Shown here: one piece after another, positions 12,819 through 24,725 of the stretch | Position numbering within the stretch: position 1 is the stretch's first letter | Layout: every line of letters starts with the position of its first letter | Origin: Antechinus flavipes | Taxonomy: Eukaryota | Direction of reading: 5' to 3' | Assembly: GCF_016432865.1 (NCBI RefSeq) | Contig: NC_067402.1 | Span: 296,236,001-296,300,000 of the forward strand | Length of the DNA: 64,000 nt | Translations under genes and position numbers: made by a program | The notes under the pieces: model-generated | Told to the model about the DNA's origin: nothing | What the model saw: only the letters and a program-made list of their open reading frames with translations | Database searches by the model: none

Positions 12819-12901
12819 ATGGCAGGGACTGGTATGCTGTGGCAGCTAGTGCTGCTGTCCCTTTTGGGGACTGTTGGGTCTAATACTGACACCTCCTGCT
12901 C
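12819..12901 (+). CDS. ACR: ACR exon 1 ([27 protein letters not shown])
   Basis: Hydrophobic signal peptide; donor tc|gtaagt, phase 2; second ATG at 12834 is an alternative start. Confidence 0.88.
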
Positions 12902-13576
12902 GTAAGTGAAGGAGACACAGGGGAGGAGGGCCTAGGGGGCCTAGGCCCATTAGGGGAGAACTGGGTGGACCCCTCCTCCTCCTGTCTCTCCCAGGGATCC
13001 CGTTGGGAGCTGGGGACAGCCAGCCTGTCTCCCAGAGGAGGGAGGGGGCCCATGGTACCTCATGACTTCTTCTCCCGCCAGGGGTCTCTGTGGACAGAGG
13101 CCATTGATCAACAGCATTGGCCATCGGGTCGTTGGGGGCATGAATGCACGCCCAGGGGCGTGGCCCTGGATAATTAGTGTGCAGATCGTGTATTGGAATG
13201 GCAGGTACAGGCACCACATGTGTGGGGGCTCTCTCATAGCTCCGTCCTGGGTTCTCACTGCTGCCCACTGCTTCAGTAAAAATGAAAGGTGAGTGAGCTG
13301 GGACCAGGGGGTGGCGAGAGGGGGTCCCCCCTCCAGGGGTGCTCCCTTTTTCTCTGCCTGCCTCTGGAGGAGCCCTATCTGTGCACACCCTTGATGAGGG
13401 GGCCTGATTTCTCTCCCCTCTCTCTTTCCCTCCCCTCCTCCATTTCGCCTCTGTGTGTCTGTGACTCTCTCTGATAGCCCTGTCCAGGACACTCAGGAAG
13501 GGGGTCACAGTTTCTGTTCTAGTCTCTTTCTTTTCCTCTTCCCCCCTCTCTCTTTCTTTTCTTCTTCTTCCTCCTT

Positions 13577-13633
<57 letters not shown>

Positions 13634-16600
13634 CTCTCTTTCTCCCCACCTCCTCTCTCTTCCCTCCCCCCTTTTCCTTCTTCCTTCCTTTCTCTCTCTC
13701 ACTCCTCCCTCTTTTCCTTTCCTCCCTTTCCTATCCTTGCCTTCCTTCCTATCTTCCCTTCTGTCTCCCTCCCTCTCTCTTTCCCTTCCCCTCTTCCCCC
13801 CTTTTTTCCCTCTTTCTCCCCCCCCCCTTGCCTGAGCTATCTGTGGGTAATCGGTGGTTCTTTTCCCAGTGACCTTAACAAATGGCGATTTGTGGCTGGT
13901 GCATGGGAGATTCAGCACGGGTGGAATTATGGCCCTATAGACCCCAAAATGCAGGAGCGAAAGCCCATCAAGATTATACCACATGAACGTTACCATAGAG
14001 CCTTTCAGGAAAATGACATTGCACTAGTCCAGCTGGATAGTCCGATCCGGTGTGGGGATGTGATCCGTATCGCCTGTCTGCCTCGACCTAGCGAGGGCCC
14101 TATCAAGACGACGGAGAAGTGCGCCGTTGCTGGCTGGGGCTACACGAGGGAAGGCGGTAAGCCTGCGATAGGACATTGGCAAACCCGAGGGGGACTTCGG
14201 GGGCATGAGGCAGTCACAAGAAAGTTATGGTAACGCGGGGGACCCCTGGGATCACTGAGGGTCATAGGGACTGTGGGAGACTCCACACCTATGAATACTG
14301 ACTCTTTGGGTCCAGGCCAGCTTCTTTGGCAGACTTTGTAGACCCCGAGGTCCACCACTGTTTTCTTTACCTGCCAACACCCAACACTTTCATAAGACGG
14401 AGCCATCTTTCTGAGAAACCATCATCCTCCAACACTTCTTTTGGAAAATGCATCTTTTGTTTTTCCTCTTCAAGGCCCTTACTCCTAATTCAGGCATGGA
14501 CAACAGACCCCATTGCTATAAGGCTCAAGTCAAGGCCTGCCCTGCAGTCAGAAGGCCCTAACGCTTGAGGAAACCAGGGCAGAATATGCATGTGGCCTGT
14601 TTTCCTCCAGAAGGGAGAAGATTTGGGTGTATCAATTCTGCCACCCCCCCCCTCCCAATACATTTCCTCTTCTATCCCTTACCATTCAGTTGGTTCCAGA
14701 GCTCCTAACCTTAGAAAACTCATTGGCATCTCAGAAACCTGTCCTAGAGTCCCAGTCTTGCCTCTGTCTTCCAGGGCAGCCTTGGAAATCAGGATTCCCC
14801 CCTCTGCTTGAGTTCTCTTCCCCCAGTGTGGGGCATCTGCACATCCCGAAATGGGGATAGCTTTTCCACTGGACACTGCCTCTGATATGGACAGGATTCC
14901 ATTCCCAGGGTCAGTCAGATTAGAACTCATCTAATGGAACTTGGCATAGGATTTTCTCTCTCCAACTTATCCAGAAGGATAGCTCATGAAATCTCCTGAT
15001 GGACCCATTTTGTATTCATGTCAACAAAGGAAGCATAGCTAATTTGTCATGACATTTTAAAAATAATATTTTCTTTTCCCCCAATTACATGTAAAAAGAA
15101 TGTTTCACATTCATTGCTTTTTTAAAAAAATTTTTTGAATTCCAAATTCTACCCCTCCTTTCCTTGTGATCCTTCTTCCTGAGATAGTAAGCAATCTGGT
15201 ATAGATTACATGTGTAAATACAATTGATAGGCAACCTTGTAAAAACATTTCTATATTATTTNNNNNNNNNNNNNNNNNNNNNNNNNNNNNNNNNNNNNNN
15301 NNNNNNNNNNNNNNNNNNNNNNNNNNNNNNNNNNNNNNNNNNNNNNNNNNNNNNNNNNNNNNNNNNNNNNNNNNNNNNNNNNNNNNNNNNNNNNNNNNNN
15401 NNNNNNNNNNNNNNNNNNNNNNNNNNNNNNNNNNNNNNNNNNNNNNNNNNNNNNNNNNNNNNNNNNNNNNNNNNNNNNNNNNNNNNNNAGTATGCTTCAG
15501 CCTAGATTCAGACAACATCAATTCTTTCCCTGGAGGTGAAGAACATTTTTCATCATGAGTTCTTTGGAGTTGTCTTGACTGTATCACTGTGAATTGTTTA
15601 AGTCATTCACAGTTGATCATCACATAATGTTGCTGTAACTGTATACAATGTATTCCTGTTCTGCTCATTTTACTCTGTATCAGTTCGTGGAATTCTTTCC
15701 AGGTTTTTCAAAAACCATTGGTCCTGATTGATACACAGTGAAAGCATGCTGGCCCTCAATGATTGCTGCTTTTCTTTCTGAATCCTAATAAACCAATGCC
15801 TTACTGACACGTTCAAGACTTCTGTAAGAATGCAATGCCCAGCCTGCTGCTCTGCACCCAGAAACAATGCTTGTCTCATGTGCGCCTCCTCTTTTCATGT
15901 CTTAGGGGGCTAAGAGTGATTTGTGCAAACACTTGTGAGGAGGAGAAAAGCTTTTGCAGATGATGTTATGTAGCAATCAACATATTGACAGCAACCGGCC
16001 TGACAAGATAAAAAGACAAAAGATGGGGCACGTCCCTTGTGGATTAATGCCCAATCAGGGAGGAGGGATAAAATGCCCCCTCGGAATGTTCAAATGAAAA
16101 AGGATTTACTCTGTGGATTTTGGTTTTTTCATCGCAGAGATAGATTTCGGTCAATGGAACACCGAAGGTCACCATCAAAGGAGGCCTAACAGAGGGTCCG
16201 ATCACGTAGGGCGTTTGCCAGTGTCACTGATGATGTTTTGGATGGATCCTAAGTAGAAGAGAGTTTCTTTGGTTGTGGCAGTTCTCCAAACGCCGCCCTT
16301 TTGAGAGAGTGGTGATCGTAACCAGTAACATCATGCAGCCTTTGGAATGAAATCTGTTGAGGCTGTTTTGGGATCATTTTTCAGGCATGTCGGATTCCTC
16401 ACAAGCCCATTTGGGATTTTCTTGGCAAAAATACTGGAGTGGTTTACCATTTCACACAGAATGAAATCTAGTCATTTAAAAGGGATTAGCCTAATTTTCT
16501 AGTAGGAAACACAAAGTGGATGATAAATTCATGGCACCCAGTTTTCACTATTCAGGCAGATGGATAATCCAACCAAACAATTCATCATTAGTTATGTATG

Positions 16601-18146
16601 TCGGGGCAACACTGAAGTAAGCCCAAAATTCAAAAGGAGTTGATTCCCTATATCAGGTATAAGAGATTTTGTGGCACCTTTCAATAGCCAATAGCCACGC
16701 CTCTCACAATCCCAAAAAGTGCTTTCCTAAGTACCTTATGCTCCACATACTCTATTTTGTGGGGGGAAGTGGAGCTCCACAGTCTCAGAAGAAGTGAAAT
16801 GCCAAGCAGCAGCAGGGAATGGCTTGCTGTGAATCCACATCCCCATGTTCGTGTGAGTAGTGGAAAGAACAGAATCCCTGTTTGGGCTGGGGGCACGGGC
16901 TGGCCGTGGAGTGAGCTCAAAGAGAACAGCCAGCCAGCCAAGAGGTACCAGCCACGGAAGATCCCAGGCAGCTTGGCAGGATGAAAAGTTGGGGTAGTCT
17001 CCAGCACCTCTCTCCAGACTCCTGATGACCAAACTTAGAACTTCACAGTGAGAGGCTCTTCAGTTGTGGTTGAGCCACGATCTCCCAACCATAGTCTTCC
17101 CCTCCACGGAAGGGACTTAGGGCCTGAGGATCTGTTCCTCAAAAGCTGGCCAATGTTGACAGGAATAACACGGACAAGCCTCTTTTCCTTAGTGTCACGC
17201 CTTCCTCAGATGCCTTAATCTTGGTGGAAGGTGGATGGGGAAGTGAACATCAGGCCAAATGGGCAAGTCTGACAAACTTAGAAACACTAGCTGTTCACAA
17301 AGGCCACAGCCCCCATTCGTCGATGGCTTGGAGAGAAAAGCTAAGTCTTTCTTAACAACTCTGGGAAGCCGGCTTGCTTACGTTTTCAGTAGACTCTGAA
17401 GAAAGTCATTCATCGCTTTCCCAAGTATGGTTTCCATACTTGATGGTGTCCTAGGAAGAAGTATTTGAGAATGATAGTCTACTGTCTACAGTTGTCTAGT
17501 GGGATGCAAACTTCCTGTTTAAAAATAAGTGGTTACAGGAGTCAGAAAATAAATCCATGGATCTCAAGACTCTTGCTATTTTTAAAAATTAACTTTTCTT
17601 TTTCAATCAGCAAAGATAAAAACATATGCCCCCCACAACCTACCGCAAACATGCGTGATCACATACATCAAATGTCCATATTGGCTGTGGCCAAAATAAA
17701 ACAAAGGCGGCCTTCCTCAGTCCATTTTATGATTATTCTCTTGTCATCATGACGGATGATTTTTGCTGATGAGGGTTCTCAAGTCTTTCCAAGCTGTTCA
17801 TCTTTCCAATATCATCATCATTATATAGTTTATTCTTCTGGCTCTGGTCACTTCACTCCTTCGTATCCGTTCATACACATCTTCCTAGGTTTTTCTTAAA
17901 AGCATCCCCTTCATTATTTCTTACAATACATTAGCAGTGCTTTACAATCATAGATCACTTGTTCAGTCAGTCCCTAGTTGATAGACACACTTTCCCTCAG
18001 TTTCTAATTCTTCGCTCTCACCAAAAAGAGAGAGGAAATTGTTGTACTTTGTTTTGCTGAAGACTAAACCCTCCTTGAATCCTGCCTTCCTCCGTTCTTC
18101 ATTCTTACCTTTTCATCCTATTTCCATGTTGAGTGAAATGTATTTG

Positions 18147-18179
<33 letters not shown>

Positions 18180-19320
18180 CTTTCCTCATTTGCCTAGTTT
18201 AGATAACAATGAAGTTCACTCATCACTCCCACCATCCCTCATTTGGATAGATTTTAACTTGCTCACCCTGATTCTAACCTTCTTTTCCTTGGCTCCACTC
18301 CCACCCCATGTTTTGAACTTCCTCTCTCCTTCCTCTCTTAAGGTCATAAAAACAAGATGGAACTACTCCCTAACCTTCTGTCCAATTAGCCTTCCGCTAT
18401 GACCCATGGTGGAGAAACAAGCATCACTTCCTCATATAGAGTGTAAATAATGGGGCGGCTAGTTGGTGCAGTGGATAGAATATCAGCCCTGAAGTCAGGA
18501 GGACCCGAGTTCACATTTGGCCTCAGATGCTTAACCCTTCCTGGCTGTGTGACCCTGGGCAAGTCATTTAACCCCAATTGCCTCAGCAAAACAAAACAAA
18601 ACAAAACAACAAAAAAAGAGTAAATAACATTTCATCGTTTAGCCCCTTCTGATTGTTCGTGTTTACCTTTCCATGTTTCTCTTCACTCCTGTGTTTGCAC
18701 TTCAAAGTTCCTATACAGCTCTGGTCTTTGTATCAACAATGCTTAGAAATTCTATTTCATTAAAGATTCATCTTTTCTCCCCCCTTCCCCCCCCCCAAAT
18801 AGGATTATATTCTATTTTCCTGGGTAAGTACTCTTGACCAGAAGCCCATATTCTTTGCCTTCCAGAATATAATATTCCAAGCTCTCTGTTTTGACTACTA
18901 AATTGTGTGGTCCTGACTATGGCTCCTTTGAACTCTTTCTGGCTACTTGCAGTAATTTTTTTTTTTTTTTTTTTTTTTGGCCTGGACGGTCTGGATTTGG
19001 GCTGTGATGTTCCTGGGATTGTTTTCATTTTGGGATTTCTTTCAGGTGACTAATGGATTTTTTCCTAGTTTACTTTGTCCTCTGATTCTAAGAGATTTGG
19101 GCAATTTAAAGATTTCTTGAAATCATGTATCTATACTCTCTTTTTCAATTGTGCCAAGCTTTTAATTTCTTTGCTAATTCTTAAATCCATAACTCTCATT
19201 TCCCTTTCCAATTTTTTTGTGTTCTCATTTCATTTATAAATTTAAAAAAATATATAGTTTAAATTTTTTAAAAATTTCATCTCTTCTAGGAATTCTATTG
19301 AATTTATGCCCAAACACTGT

Positions 19321-19364
<44 letters not shown>

Positions 19365-22300
19365 GCTTCAAGTCATTTTTTTTCTGGGTTTGTGTTTTGA
19401 GTGTCCCTGCACTCAAATATAGTTTTTATGATGAGATTTTTTTTTTTTGCTTGCTAATTCTTCCAATCTACTTCCTAGCTTTGGACTTTGTTGGAACCAG
19501 TCTCTGTACAATTTTGAATGGAATGTCNNNNNNNNNNNNNNNNNNNNNNNNNNNNNNNNNNNNNNNNNNNNNNNNNNNNNNNNNNNNNNNNNNNNNNNNN
19601 NNNNNNNNNNNNNNNNNNNNNNNNNNNNNNNNNNNNNNNNNNNNNNNNNNNNNNNNNNNNNNNNNNNNNNNNNNNNNNNNNNNNNNNNNNNNNNNNNNNN
19701 NNNNNNNNNNNNNNNNNNNNNATCTTAGATCAGCCTGCAAAGTTTTTATTGCTCCCAAAGCTGTCTGATATCTGGGTTGGGGTTTGAGCAACACCCCTGT
19801 GAACATGCCCTGTTTGGAGTTCCAGTAGACTGCTATTCCCAGCCAGTTGGGAATCCCTGCTTTTTCAGAGGGATGGAATTTCAAACTCCCTTGAAGTCTG
19901 GGATTCCTGTCTACAGAGGTCTGTCTGAGCTGGGGGCTAAAGCTGAGACTCTGCTTCTCAGCCTGGAGCGTCCCCTGGGGCATAGCTCCCCTCCTGAGTC
20001 GACCCTTGATCAGTGTCCTGCCTCGGGCTGGCATCTGTATCTTCTCAAGTCACGAGAAGTCCTCTTGCTCTGTCTACTGCCTTCCCCTGGGATGGAGAGC
20101 GACACATGGAGGGCTTCTGGCCGCGCTGTGTTCTCAGTGTCTTTGGACCAGAAGCTTCCTCTCTCTCCCCGTGCAAATCTAGGTTAGAAAAAGGATCTGT
20201 GAGATTGCTTTTTGGCCTAGTGGATTTTCCAGATCTCTTTGAAAGTTTCTTCTTACTGCTGCTCTGCAGAAGCTCAAGCTCCCCTTCCACAGCTTTGGTA
20301 GAGTGAAAAAATACAAAACACAACGCAAACCACACTTTTGTGTCTTCTCGGCCTCCTTGAGATGCACGGGATCTTGTCACGTGCTTTGGGGCAGGACCCC
20401 CCCCCCCGAGACCCCTCAGTTACCCTCCACCTGGTTGATGCTGTTAAGATGGTTTTTCAGGGTGCGGCGAATGGGCATGTTTCTTGAAGTTGGGGTGTGC
20501 AGGGCCCTTGCAGAGCCGCTCATCTCCCTTTGCTGTATACCTGCCGCCCACCTCTCCAGGAAATAACTCCCCAGGCTGACTGCCCAGCCTGCCCAGAGCC
20601 TCCCTCGAGATCCACCCCGAGGCCTTGTGCTTTCCCAGGGAGGCTGTATGTGGTCGCACTCACCACGTATCTGTGGTATGTGCTTTCCAAGGCATCCTCG
20701 TAAAACCATGGAAGATGGAAAGTAGGGAAAACCTTAACGCTGTCCAAAGAACTGCAGGATCTCCCAAATGCAGCCTAGTCCCTCCTCCCCCTCTGCGACC
20801 CCTCAGATGTGAACAGCACAATGCCCCCTGCCCGACAGCCGCAGGGGGCCTCCCTCTCCCCTCGTCGTGGCTTCTGAGTCGCGTCTCTCACACAAAGGTG
20901 ACACAAAAGCATCGGGGAGCGAATACACATTTGCCCCTTTGGAGGAATCTTGTATGTTTTTTTATACTGGGAAGCCTTCCGTGGGGCATCTTTCCCTGGC
21001 AGAGGAAATGTGTTCCTGGAGCCCACAAACGGCCCGGTGGGATCATCTCCCCTGGAGACCGCTTCGGCCCTGCCCGTGTCTGCCTGTGCCGCTGGGGCTC
21101 ACGCTCTACCCTCCGCTCCCAGGACTCTGAGTCTGGTGCACGTCCCAGTTTGGGCTCCGCAACCCTTCAGGGAGGGGGGTCTCCCCCTTGTACCTCGTAT
21201 ACCTCCAGGCTCTCCCCGCACCCAGGGGCACTGCCCCCAGCTTCCTCCTCGGGCTCCTGGCATAGATAGGCCTTGGGGCACGGTCTGAGGGCAGCTGTTC
21301 AGGCCCAGAGAGCCCAGGCCACTCCTCTGCTCTCAGCCCCGAGAAGGCCTGCTGGGGCTGGGGGGTATCCCCGGATGGCAGTAGTTGAGCTCAGGCTGAG
21401 ATGGGCCGGCAGGCAGCTGGCTGATGGCGGGCCTCTGGCTTTGACAGGCTCCTCACCGCGGATACTGCAGGAAGCCATGGTTAACATGATAGATACTAAG
21501 ATCTGCAATGGAAGCCGCTGGTATTACGGGTACATTCACCGACACAACCTTTGTGCTGGCTACCAAGAGGGGAAGATCGACACTTGCCAGGTAAGCTGGC
21601 TTTTGGGGGCTCCCCTCAGGGTCTCACGCCCAGGACCCCCCTCTGTCCATCCCCCCCGTACGACAGAGGGGCATCCTTGGGTGCGGTCTCACCCCTAGGC
21701 CAGGGGAGCTCCGCCAGGACCTTCCCCCCTGCTCCAAGTTCCAGGCCGGCCCCCGCTGATGGAGTGTCCTTGTGTCTAGGGGGACAGTGGGGGGCCGCTC
21801 ATGTGCAGAGACAAAGACACCGGCATCTACGTGGTACACGGCGTCACGAGCTGGGGGACCGGCTGCGCCCGGGCCTTCCGGCCGGGCATCTACACATCCA
21901 CCTGGCACTTTCTGGACTGGATCGCGTCCAAGATCGGGCCCGGCTCGGTCATCTCCGACCTACCTCCTCGGACCACGACCCCGCCCCCCCCCACCACCAC
22001 GATCGCCCCCCCTCCCCTTCCCACCAACATTCCCACCACTGCGGTAACTCAACGGCCCTGGAGCTGGATCCCCACTAACAGACCCTGGGAATACAAGCCC
22101 TGGTCCTACTTCTTTATCAGGACCACCACCACCCGAGGCTGGGTCACCCGTTACAAGCCCTGGAAGAGGAGTTCCTCCAACAGTTGGTCTCCGAGCTTCC
22201 AGCCCTTAGCAGGCCCCCTGCCCACTGGCCCATCCATGTACACAGCTCTCCGGCCCTGGATCTCCAATCCGGTGATGGTCAAGTCCCAAGCTGTGGGCCC

Positions 22301-22379
22301 CGGTCAGCCCGTCTCTCTCTCCTTCCCCAAGCGCTTGAAGTTGCTCATGGAATCCATGAAGAGCAGCAGATCCACATAA
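12819..22379 (+). CDS. ACR: Acrosin (proacrosin), 5 exons, 439 aa
   Basis: Exons 12819-12901, 13082-13288, 13870-14156, 21448-21590 and 21780-22379; all GT-AG; phases 2,2,1,0; 1320 nt. Shows a signal peptide, two light-chain Cys (SCSGLCG), R|VVGG activation site, TAAHC, NDIAL, DTCQGDSGGP, the acrosin double Cys [13 protein letters not shown], a Pro-rich tail and [10 protein letters not shown]; adjacent to RABL2 as in eutherians. Confidence 0.96.
13082..13288 (+). CDS. ACR: ACR exon 2 (activation site, catalytic His)
   Basis: ccgccag| ... ag|gtgagt; GLCGQRP...RVVGG...WPW...CGGSLI...TAAHCF. Confidence 0.96.
13520..13830. repeat. CT-rich low-complexity tract including (CT)n, ACR intron 2
   Basis: Pyrimidine-only tract with a long perfect CT run. 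Confidence 0.9.
13870..14156 (+). CDS. ACR: ACR exon 3 (catalytic Asp)
   Basis: ttttcccag| ... g|gtaagc; IIPHERY...ENDIALVQL...CLP...CAVAGWG. Confidence 0.96.
15055..15720 (-). mobile_element. LINE-1 3' end spanning an assembly gap
   Basis: ccccaattacatgtaaaa...gtaagcaatctggtatag...gttgatcatcacataatgttgctg...gctcattttactctgtatcagttc. Confidence 0.7.
15262..15488. other. Assembly gap (227 N)
   Basis: Run of N. Confidence 1.
16200..16453. mobile_element. RTE / Mar1-type remnant
   Basis: cccatttgggattttcttggcaaaaatactggagtggtttaccatttc is the Mar1/RTE-derived signature; left boundary uncertain. Confidence 0.5.
17575..18000 (-). mobile_element. Old LINE-1 3' fragment
   Basis: caaatgtccatattggc...ctggtcacttcactc...cattatttcttacaatac...ttgttcagtcagtccc. 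Confidence 0.55.
18452..18620 (+). mobile_element. WSINE1-type SINE
   Basis: ggggcggctagttggtgcagtggatagaatatcagccctgaagtcaggaggacccgagttc; (CAAAA)n tail; gtaaataa flanks both sides. Confidence 0.85.
18650..19220 (-). mobile_element. Old LINE-1 ORF1-region fragment
   Basis: ttctttgccttccagaatataatattccaagctct...ttgtgtggtcctgactatggctcc matches marsupial L1 ORF1 antisense (recalled). Confidence 0.6.
19318..19365. repeat. (GTT)n microsatellite
   Basis: About 15 perfect units. Confidence 0.95.
19528..19721. other. Assembly gap (194 N)
   Basis: Run of N. Confidence 1.
21448..21590 (+). CDS. ACR: ACR exon 4
   Basis: ttgacag| ... cag|gtaagc; [21 protein letters not shown]...[15 protein letters not shown]. 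Confidence 0.96.
21780..22379 (+). CDS. ACR: ACR exon 5 (catalytic Ser and C-terminal tail)
   Basis: gtctag|ggg gac agt ggg ggg ccg; [19 protein letters not shown]; TAA at 22377-22379. Confidence 0.96.
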   Translation, partial: GDSGGPLMCRDKDTGIYVVHGVTSWGTGCARAFRPGIYTSTWHFLDWIASKIGPGSVISDLPPRTTTPPPPTTTIAPPPLPTNIPTTAVTQRPWSWIPTNRPWEYKPWSYFFIRTTTTRGWVTRYKPWKRSSSNSWSPSFQPLAGPLPTGPSMYTALRPWISNPVMVKSQAVGPGQPVSLSFPKRLKLLMESMKSSRST

Positions 22380-22468
22380 TGCTCTGTCTGGAGAGAGCTC
22401 TCCATGCGCAGGCCTGGTGCCCGGCTGCCGCCTGGGCCCTCTGCCCTCCACCCCCCGGGGAACAGGTC

Positions 22469-22474
22469 AATAAA
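22469..22474 (+). terminator. ACR polyadenylation signal
   Basis: AATAAA 90 nt after the stop codon. Confidence 0.8.
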
Positions 22475-22817
22475 GTTGTATATGAAGCTGGGCCTGCCTG
22501 CTCGCTCCTGCCTGCATCCTTCACGGCCTTGGCGGGGACCGCCCGGAGGGGCTCAGGGCCCGGGGGAGATAACCCCGATACACACGGCTGTAGGAAGACC
22601 ACCCCTAATAAGCTCCCCCCAAATCCTGCCCTGCAAGACTCTTGGACAACCTCAGGGCTGGATGGGGCAGGGGGCAAGGCAGCCTTTGAGCCCGGAGTTT
22701 CCAGCTTTCCGGGACGACCCCGCTCCTACCACTCCCTAATGGCCACCCAGGACCTGCAGGGATGGCGGATCCTCAGAAGGTCCTTGCGGGCAGCTTGGGT
22801 GGCCCTCAGATGGGGCT

Positions 22818-22954
22818 CCACCGGTCAGGAGGCCCGGTCCCGTCCACCTCCGGCCGGGGGGCCCGGTCCCTCCACCGGTCAGGAGGCCCAGTCCCGTCCA
22901 CCACCGGCCAGGAGGCCCGGTCCCGTCCACCTCCGGCCGGGGGGCCTGGTCCCA
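22818..22954. repeat. GC-rich minisatellite, 5 x 26-29 bp
   Basis: Units tccacc(tcc/acc)ggyc(a/g)gg(a/g)ggccyrgtccc. Confidence 0.85.
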
Positions 22955-23766
22955 TCCCCTGCTGAGCCTCCGCCCCTTCCCCTCAGCCAATCTCCTTGCT
23001 CCAGCCTTTCATCTTTGTTTCCCGTCACTGGGCTTCCAGGCTCTCCTCCCCGCTGGAGGAGGCCACGTGTGGCGGCTGCACGCCCTGCCGTGCGCTGTGC
23101 TCACAACGGGGGGGCTTGCATCAAGCTGCAGACTCTATCTTTGGGGGAAACTTGAACCCAAGCCGCTGGAGCATGAAGATAGCTCAGAAAATTCCCGAGA
23201 AACCTCCAGAGAAATGGGGAGCCAGAGGAAGGCCCATGACCCCCGGGGTGAGGCTGCGGGTTATATGGGAACCCAGAGAGACTGGGATATGGGCAGAGAC
23301 CAGTGCCCGGACTGCGGCTCCCCCCAGAGCTCGGTCCGGGGATGTGGTTCGCCCCCCTCGGCCGCTCTGTCTTGCCGACATCTGCCAAAGGCAGCCCCAG
23401 ACACAAAGCCGAGGCCGCTGGCTTCCCCAGGACATGCCCTGCTGTGGCGGCTTTCATGGGCCTCGGTGGCACCTTGGCAGATCTTCGTTGCCCGGCGCAG
23501 ACAGGAGTGCCCTGCCCCGAGCTGGCTCTGTGGCCGCTCCGTCGATGCGGAGGAGGGGCACGGGGAAGGCCGGCCGCAGGGCTGCCCCCTTCAATGATCC
23601 TGCCCTTGACACCTGGGAGTTCTCCCTCATCCCCGCCATCCCAGCGCCCTCGCTCTCCGCTACGCTTCTGCCCTCCCTTTGGGGAGCAGGACCTTCTCGT
23701 CCCCTTCCAGCTGCAATCCCCGCTTCCTTTTACCATCGCCCTCCTCCTCGGACATGTCTCTGGCCC

Positions 23767-23837
23767 GTGTGCCAGCTTCCAGCCCCTACATCCGGATGAG
23801 TGAAAGCCGGGGATGCCCAATCTGGAAGCTGGCACAC
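23767..23837. repeat. Perfect 16-bp inverted repeat with 39-nt spacer
   Basis: gtgtgccagcttccag (23767-23782) / ctggaagctggcacac (23822-23837). Confidence 0.85.
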
Positions 23838-24213
23838 AAGTGGCTACTGTGCTGGGTGCTGCCCAATGGGGCGGACAATAAGCAAACCAGAGGCACAAAG
23901 CCAGCCGTTGCCAACACCCCTCAGGGGCCGTCTCTGAAGCTCGTAGACAGCCCACCCCCGGTGCAGCCATGGACCAGCGACAGCTTCCTGCCCCCGTCTC
24001 CCCGCCCGTGGCCATCACTGCTTCCCGAGCCACGGCAGGACCAAATGGGCTTCAAGCCCCATCCCTCCTCAGCTTTACTCCCTTCCTGCCCTCCGGGGTG
24101 CTTCCTGCCCCAGATCTTGGCCAGCTCCCGGTGCCTGGAGGAAGCTTCGTGACCCAGCCCAGAGCCAGTGCCGGGCACTGCCAGCCATTCGGGGGCTTCA
24201 GCATTGGGACCAT

Positions 24214-24310
24214 GTGACCCCGTTTGGGGTTTTCTTGGCAAAGACCCGGAGATGGCCGGCCACTTCCTGCTCCGGCTCATGAGGAAGGGCTGAGTGACTT
24301 GTCCGGAGTG
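24214..24310 (+). mobile_element. Mar1-type SINE remnant, GC-shifted
   Basis: gtgaccccgtttggggttttcttggcaaag...gctcatgagg...gagtgacttgtcc. Confidence 0.6.
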
Positions 24311-24725
24311 CTAGGGCCTGAGGCCACAGTGCAGCTCTTCCTGACCCTGCCTTACAAAGGGCCGTGTCCTGAGAGACCAGAAGCCTGGGGGGAGGAGCAC
24401 TTTGAATGGCCCTGTAACTACAGCACTTGGCACAGGGCCTCTCCTGCTCCACGGATCGGGGGTCTCAGCTCTCTGACCCCAACCGGCAGCCTGGGCACCC
24501 GGGCATGTGGACTGGGGAGGGGAAGGGGCGGCAGACCCGTGCCCAGGCCCTTCCCAAGAAAGCCCGGCTGGGCCGCGGTGGATGCCGCCGAGCTCTGCCA
24601 GGCCATAACGTGGCTCCCGTGGACGGGGGCCAGCATCCGTGTGTGTTCTGGGGGACATAAGTGGGGGAAGCAGGAGCTAACCAGAGTCACAAGGAAAGGC
24701 CAAGGTCAATGTTGACAAAAAAATA

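Noticed and set aside
23788-23815. GAUGAG...GAAA resembling a hammerhead ribozyme core
   Set aside because: CUGAUGA is not exact and there is no room for stem II
22996-24715. Long overlapping ORFs (up to 323 aa) between ACR and RABL2
   Set aside because: Low-complexity Pro/Gly/Arg/Ala translations on both strands, typical of high-GC intergenic DNA
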